Positions 41,874-46,167 of a stretch of 46,167 bases of DNA are shown here, piece by piece. Location of the stretch: assembly GCA_038046225.1 (NCBI GenBank), contig JBBSWQ010000104.1, positions 1-46,167 of the forward strand, written 5' to 3'. Every line of letters starts with the position of its first letter. Within the stretch, counting starts at the first letter, position 1. The translations under genes and the position numbers were made by a program. Origin of the DNA: an archaeon. GTDB lineage: Archaea > Iainarchaeota > Iainarchaeia > Iainarchaeales > VGJJ01. The notes under the pieces are model-generated. The model searched no databases and was not told the DNA's origin. It saw nothing but the letters and a program-made list of their open reading frames with translations.

Positions 41874-42296
41874 TCATTCCACGTATATCACGTGCTTTCC
41901 CTTCTTCACCTTGGTTCGCTTGGCTTTTTTCAATAGGTAATGGATCGTGCTCTTGGCCACGCCCGTGCGTTTTTGTATTTCGCGCATGCTCAGGAAGTCT
42001 TTTCGCAATTCCACAATAGTTCGTATCGTCTCCAGGTCCATGTGCAAAGCCCTTCCCGCTCGGTGGGCGCGGACGATGGGGATGCCTTTCTTCCGGAGCA
42101 TTTCCCTTGCATCCGGCCCCAGTCTTTTTTCCACGGAGGGGGATGCTCCCACTTCTAAAATAGAGGGGCAGTGGGCGAGGACTGTCTTGAGTTTCTTCCC
42201 CGAAATGGGTCGGACCAGATGGACCCGTTCGATGTCTCTGGGAATAGTAGATACGGGGGTATGGGCGCGGAGGGCGTAGAGCATGTTCTTTTCCAC
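41874..42296 (-). CDS. HTH-containing small protein (possibly DUF1699-like N-terminal domain plus resolvase-type HTH)
   Basis: 140 aa with C-terminal MREIQKRTGVAKSTIHYLLKKAKR. The N-terminal VHLVRPISGKKLKTVLAHCPSILEV pattern is a weak match. Confidence 0.4.
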   Translation of the reverse strand: MEKNMLYALRAHTPVSTIPRDIERVHLVRPISGKKLKTVLAHCPSILEVGASPSVEKRLGPDAREMLRKKGIPIVRAHRAGRALHMDLETIRTIVELRKDFLSMREIQKRTGVAKSTIHYLLKKAKRTKVKKGKHVIYVE

Positions 42297-42396
42297 TCTT
42301 TACGTTTCTCACCGTAAAGTATCTTTATATATGTGGCTCCGCCTCCCTCTTCGTAACCACCCTACGTGGAATTAACCGATGGGAGAAGATGTACAT

Positions 42397-43632
42397 ATGA
42401 TGAATCGAAAGCTACTGTTGATTTTTTCGCTCTTCACGCTTTTCGTGTTCATGGGCAGCATGGTCATGGCTGAATCCGGTCCGGGAAGCAATTCCGGTTC
42501 CGATGGTTCATCCCTTGATGCCGTGGAAAAGTCCTCGAACAGTGGAAAAATGGGTAAGAGTAAGATAGATTCTTTTGTGATTAAGCAATCCTTTCGTGCC
42601 CGATCCGATGATTCGGTCCGTAGTGAATTGCGCATCCGTTTCAAAAATTCGGATGTCAGCGATGACGATTTGCAGCGATTGATTATGGCGCGAATCGATG
42701 CCGCGGATTTGGAGCGATTGGACGATTCCAGTCGTGAACGCCTGCTCACCGAACTCCGTATCCGGATTAAATCGGATGAAGTGACGCGCCACCGCGAAAT
42801 AGAAGTGCGTTTCAAGGAGCGCGACTTCCGCGTGACGGCCATTCGTGAGGCCAAGGGTTTGGCCAATCCTCGATTGAGCGCTGTTGCTCGATTGAAACTG
42901 CTCGAAGCCGATCTGGATGGAGAGTCGCTCCTCCGCGTCCGCGCATTGCGCGAGCGCCTCGAGGCCGCATCCGGAACTACCACTGCAACCGCGGATGAGG
43001 TAGAAGTGGAAGAAGAAATTCGCATCCGCCACCGCGATAACGCCCAGTTGCGCGGAGAGGGTTCCCTGGCCGCCGCCGAACGAATTCTTGGAAAACTCCA
43101 GGAATTCACGGACCGTATCCAGGCCAAGCTCGCCGGATCCGATGTTCCCCGCCCGCGTGCGGAGAATGTGTTGGCGCGCTTGGATGGGTTAGAATCCGAT
43201 CTTGCGGATTCGATTGAATCCACGCGCACCGCATGGTCAGCCGTTCAAGAAGAGGATGCCACGCGCGAAGAGATCAAGTCCCTGCACCGGGAAATGGTCC
43301 AATTGCGTGTTCATGCCCGGCATGCCGTGAGTGCGATGCACGCCCTGATTCAGGCATTCAAGAATCGCCCGGAGGGGAACGACGATATCTCCTCCTCGGA
43401 TGAAGTAGTGATTGTGGAAGTCGCCACCGTCACGGATGCCGTGATCGAGGCGGAAGTGGCCGAGGTCTTATTGGAGACGGACGACAGCGGAATAGACTCC
43501 CCTTCGGATCTTGATGATTCCGATGAGGATGGTTCCATGGAGTCCGATGATTCGGGGAATGACTCTCCTTCGGATTTAGATGATTCCGATGAAGATGAGT
43601 CTGGTGATGACAATGGGGGGGATGATCAATGA
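42397..43632 (+). CDS. Secreted, highly charged/acidic protein with C-terminal tandem repeat
   Basis: Signal peptide MMNRKLLLIFSLFTLFVFMGSMVMA. A long R/E/D-rich helical region is followed by a DDSG(I/N)DSPSDLDDSDED repeat, twice. Confidence 0.55.
   Translation: MMNRKLLLIFSLFTLFVFMGSMVMAESGPGSNSGSDGSSLDAVEKSSNSGKMGKSKIDSFVIKQSFRARSDDSVRSELRIRFKNSDVSDDDLQRLIMARIDAADLERLDDSSRERLLTELRIRIKSDEVTRHREIEVRFKERDFRVTAIREAKGLANPRLSAVARLKLLEADLDGESLLRVRALRERLEAASGTTTATADEVEVEEEIRIRHRDNAQLRGEGSLAAAERILGKLQEFTDRIQAKLAGSDVPRPRAENVLARLDGLESDLADSIESTRTAWSAVQEEDATREEIKSLHREMVQLRVHARHAVSAMHALIQAFKNRPEGNDDISSSDEVVIVEVATVTDAVIEAEVAEVLLETDDSGIDSPSDLDDSDEDGSMESDDSGNDSPSDLDDSDEDESGDDNGGDDQ
43480..43611 (+). repeat. 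Imperfect tandem duplication, 66-bp period, coding for DDSGxDSPSDLDDSDED
   Basis: Units start at 43480 and 43546; read directly from the sequence. Confidence 0.7.
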
Positions 43633-43889
43633 GATCCAACCTGTTTTCGGTCTTCGCGGTGCTCTCGATTGGGGTTTTGCTCCTCCTGTCGGGTTGCGTG
43701 AATCAGCAGGCCGCTCCTTCCGTGCCATCCGTTCCTTCCGAGGGGGATCTTTCCTCAGTTGATGCCGTGGATGAGTTGACGGCCGGGGACGATGTGACGG
43801 GAATCACTCCCACAGAATTGGACGAATTGCAGTCCGATTTCGATGAATTGGATTCCGAGGTCTCGGGGGTTTCCGAGACGGATATCTGA
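43629..43889 (+). CDS. Small acidic lipoprotein-like secreted protein
   Basis: 86 aa with signal plus lipobox-like LLLSGC. ATGA overlap with the preceding gene. Confidence 0.5.
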   Translation: MRSNLFSVFAVLSIGVLLLLSGCVNQQAAPSVPSVPSEGDLSSVDAVDELTAGDDVTGITPTELDELQSDFDELDSEVSGVSETDI

Positions 43890-43988
43890 ACATAGAATTC
43901 CTTGGGGGGGGGTATTTCACCCCCTTCCTTCTTTTTTTGGCATGCCAAAATAAATACCATTATATTCTCCTAATTTTTCCTCTCACTC

Positions 43989-44342
43989 ATGGCCTCCGCT
44001 CGTCTCATTGACTACTATTCGGGCATGCCAAAAGAGACGGTCTCGGTGGCCGTTGAATCTCCCCACACGGAGTGGGAATCGAAGCTATTGCACGTGGTCC
44101 ACTCCCACTGGCCCACGTCCTCATTGGAGATTGCCGAATTCCTGGGTCATTCCGTTCATACCCGAGAGGAGAAACGCCTCCTCTCCTCGCGCATCGTGTA
44201 TCACATCAAAAAGCTCGTCCGGCAGCAGCGGCTCATGTCCAAGCGCTTTGGGAATGCGTTAGTGGTGTGGCCCTATGAGGTGGAAACCCTGCGCGTCATG
44301 CACGAGATGATGAAACCGGTAAAGAAAGAAGGAATGGAGTGA
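43989..44342 (+). CDS. Putative winged-helix DNA-binding protein
   Basis: 117 aa. WPTSSLEIAEFLGHS...IVYHIKKLVRQQRLMSKRFGNALVVW has a wHTH-like pattern. Confidence 0.4.
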   Translation: MASARLIDYYSGMPKETVSVAVESPHTEWESKLLHVVHSHWPTSSLEIAEFLGHSVHTREEKRLLSSRIVYHIKKLVRQQRLMSKRFGNALVVWPYEVETLRVMHEMMKPVKKEGME

Positions 44343-44345
44343 TGG

Positions 44346-44921
44346 GTGTCGTTTATGGTCCTGAACAATTTTTTCGACAAGTTCATCTTCACGTCTCAAC
44401 TGAAGTTCAAGGACTACAATTTTTTCGTGCTGGACATCCCTTTCGTCATCGTTCCCGTGGACATGCTCCAGGGCTTCTCAGCCATGGATGTGCCGGAAGT
44501 GAATAAGGCCGTGTATTATGCCTTCAAATCCTCCACTCAATCCCTGCTCATTCCCAAGTTCAAGGCCGGGGCCACCAAGCCCAAGTTTCTCGAGCTCTCG
44601 CAAGCATTCTTCGCCGCCTCCGGGTGGGGGCTGATGCACAACGTGGAAGTGGATGAGGTTAATCACCGGGCCATCGTGACACTGTCCTATTCCCCTATCG
44701 CCCGTTCCCTCCAGGGAAAGGTCCATCACCCTGTCGACCATTACACGCGCGCGGTCATCGCGGCGGTCTTTTCCGAATACTTCGAGACGCCCGTGGAGGC
44801 GGTGGAGAGCGAGTGTTTGGCCTTGCATCCCGGGGATTGCAGTTTCGTCATCAAGCCCCTGAATGAGTTCGATTTCACCAAAGAAGAGACGCAGCGTCAG
44901 CTGTCCTTGGATGCTCCATGA
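44346..44921 (+). CDS. V4R-domain (4-vinyl reductase-like) small-molecule-binding protein
   Basis: 191 aa. ...GWGLMHNVEVD...ESECLALHPGDCSFVIKP is the typical V4R C-terminal Cys pattern. Confidence 0.55.
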   Translation: MSFMVLNNFFDKFIFTSQLKFKDYNFFVLDIPFVIVPVDMLQGFSAMDVPEVNKAVYYAFKSSTQSLLIPKFKAGATKPKFLELSQAFFAASGWGLMHNVEVDEVNHRAIVTLSYSPIARSLQGKVHHPVDHYTRAVIAAVFSEYFETPVEAVESECLALHPGDCSFVIKPLNEFDFTKEETQRQLSLDAP

Positions 44922-44933
44922 TTATTCTCTATT

Positions 44934-46010
44934 TCACACTTTCCGGTTGATGAGATAGTGCGCGAACGCCTCGAGGATTTCTTTTGCACGCGAGGGGGGG
45001 AGTGTCGTGTCGACCGTCTTCCATGATCCTTCCACCAGTTCCTTGGCTTTGGCCCGGGCATATTCGATGCTCCCATTCTTCGTGATGATGCCGATGGCCT
45101 CGCGGATGATGGTCTCATCCGTGGGGTGGGAATTCAGAATCTCGAGGAGGCGTTTCGTGTCTGCCTCGTTTCCGTTTTTGAGGGTGTGCAATACCATGAT
45201 GGTTCGTTTTCCTTCATGGATGTCTTCTCCCACTCCTTTTCCTTTGGAGAATTCTTCCCCCACGAGGTTGAGAATATCGTCTTGAATCTGGAAGGCCACT
45301 CCGATGGTTTCAGCGAATCGTCCGAGGGCATCCACTTGTTCCTCGGTTCCCTTCCCTAACACTCCTCCCATTCGTGCGGAGAGGCGGGCCAATGTCCCGG
45401 TCTTGTAGGCGCACATCTGCAGGTATTCGGCTTCCGATATGGCGTATTTTTTTCCCTTGTGCCACCAGATGTCCAACCCCTGCCCGGCGTGGCATCGCAA
45501 TAATTCAAAGGTGATTAATTCGCTCAGCTTGTTCTTGACCTCTGGACTCAGGGAGGCATCCCTCCATATCATGGCGAAGGGGAAAAAATACATGGCGCTG
45601 GAGAGGTTGACGGCCACGTCCACGCCGTATATCTTGTGCACGCACGGTTTTCCGCGTCGGAGATCTGAACTGTCTTCCACATCATCCGCGACCAATGTCC
45701 CATTGTGGATGATTTCCGGGAGGGCGGTGTAATGGTAATATTTTTGGACATCTCCTCCAACCGCCTCCAAGCTCAGCAGGAAGAGGGCGGGTCTCCATCG
45801 CTTTCCCCCGCGGTCCAATAGGTCCCACATGGGGTCGACGACTCCCTTCTGGATGGATTCCACATCGTACCCATAAGAGGGTTTCCCGAACGTCTTTTCG
45901 AGCCATTGCTGGTCAATGGTATGGGGGATGAGGCTCTCGATAGTGGCATTGATCTTTTTGGATTCCTCTCCCAAATAGGCTTCAATATCAATGGTCGGTT
46001 GGTCCGTCAT
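44934..46010 (-). CDS. idsA: Polyprenyl (geranylgeranyl) diphosphate synthase
   Basis: 358 aa. First Asp-rich motif LVADDVEDSSDLRRGKP, second FQIQDDILNL. Confidence 0.88.
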   Translation of the reverse strand: MTDQPTIDIEAYLGEESKKINATIESLIPHTIDQQWLEKTFGKPSYGYDVESIQKGVVDPMWDLLDRGGKRWRPALFLLSLEAVGGDVQKYYHYTALPEIIHNGTLVADDVEDSSDLRRGKPCVHKIYGVDVAVNLSSAMYFFPFAMIWRDASLSPEVKNKLSELITFELLRCHAGQGLDIWWHKGKKYAISEAEYLQMCAYKTGTLARLSARMGGVLGKGTEEQVDALGRFAETIGVAFQIQDDILNLVGEEFSKGKGVGEDIHEGKRTIMVLHTLKNGNEADTKRLLEILNSHPTDETIIREAIGIITKNGSIEYARAKAKELVEGSWKTVDTTLPPSRAKEILEAFAHYLINRKV

Positions 46011-46167
46011 ACGTCGTTTCTCTCCCTCAAATGACTCCCAATGGGGTTCGAGCCAAATATAAACATAGCGAAACCCTCTTCGTCAATCGTCAATTCGTGT
46101 CTCTTTTTTTGAATAGGGGTCATTTTTCCCGCTCATTACGGGGCCTCATTCCCCTCCTCCCATTCCC

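Noticed and set aside
42372-43229. 285-aa minus-strand ORF antisense to the acidic secreted protein gene
   Set aside because: It is a Ser/Arg-rich antisense artefact of GAN/GAR-rich coding sequence. The plus-strand ORF has a clear signal peptide and coupled downstream gene.
46007-46123. 38-codon minus-strand ORF (MTPIQKKRHELTIDEEGF…) whose TGA overlaps the GGPP synthase ATG (ATGA)
   Set aside because: It is too short, has no recognisable motif, and a TATA-like element for the synthase lies inside it. I kept it only as a note, not a feature.
1-46167. CRISPR arrays, rRNA genes, IS elements or integrases
   Set aside because: No regularly spaced direct repeats, no rRNA-like conserved stretches, and no transposase or integrase-like ORFs were seen on either strand. 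The only mobile elements supported are the three inteins.

Overview
Archaeal chromosomal fragment, roughly 50% GC by eye, dominated by information-processing genes. TATA boxes sit about 25-30 nt upstream of many first-gene ATGs (leaderless style). GGAGGTGA-like Shine-Dalgarno sites and 1-4 nt start/stop overlaps occur inside operons. The lineage is not determinable from sequence alone; a small-genome or DPANN-like archaeon is only a guess. Three conserved blocks are present. (1) Minus strand 1-12.4 kb: top6A/top6B, KH(Dim2-like), RIO kinase, aIF1A, DUF424, aIF2-beta, a presenilin/SPP-type protease and an MCM helicase carrying two LAGLIDADG inteins. (2) 15.7-23.8 kb: MetRS, aIF5A, a hypothetical/Roadblock-like/HD/MinD cluster in which MinD carries an intein inside its Walker A loop, an Sm protein and tRNA-Ala. 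(3) 29.6-39.3 kb: the classical archaeal exosome superoperon (L15e, Rpp30, Pop5, PsmA, SBDS, Rrp4, Rrp41, Rrp42, L37Ae, RpoP, Pcc1, prefoldin-beta, DHH). Accessory islets carry RelE-type, AbiE-type and PIN/UPF0175-type toxin-antitoxin pairs, an AAA/DUF4143 ATPase, a frameshift-riddled kinase-like pseudogene and several secreted or surface proteins. The most notable anomalies are as follows. There is an in-frame TAG inside the KH gene whose reading frame continues to a coupled stop. Rrp41 has a -1 frame break. Three inteins are present, two of them at the identical GK|S/T Walker-A position. Rrp4 carries a ~180-aa RGG-rich tail. The tRNA-Val 3' end is duplicated 95 bp downstream. A hairpin-dense leader lies upstream of tRNA-Ala. 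No CRISPR array, rRNA, integrase or transposase was seen.
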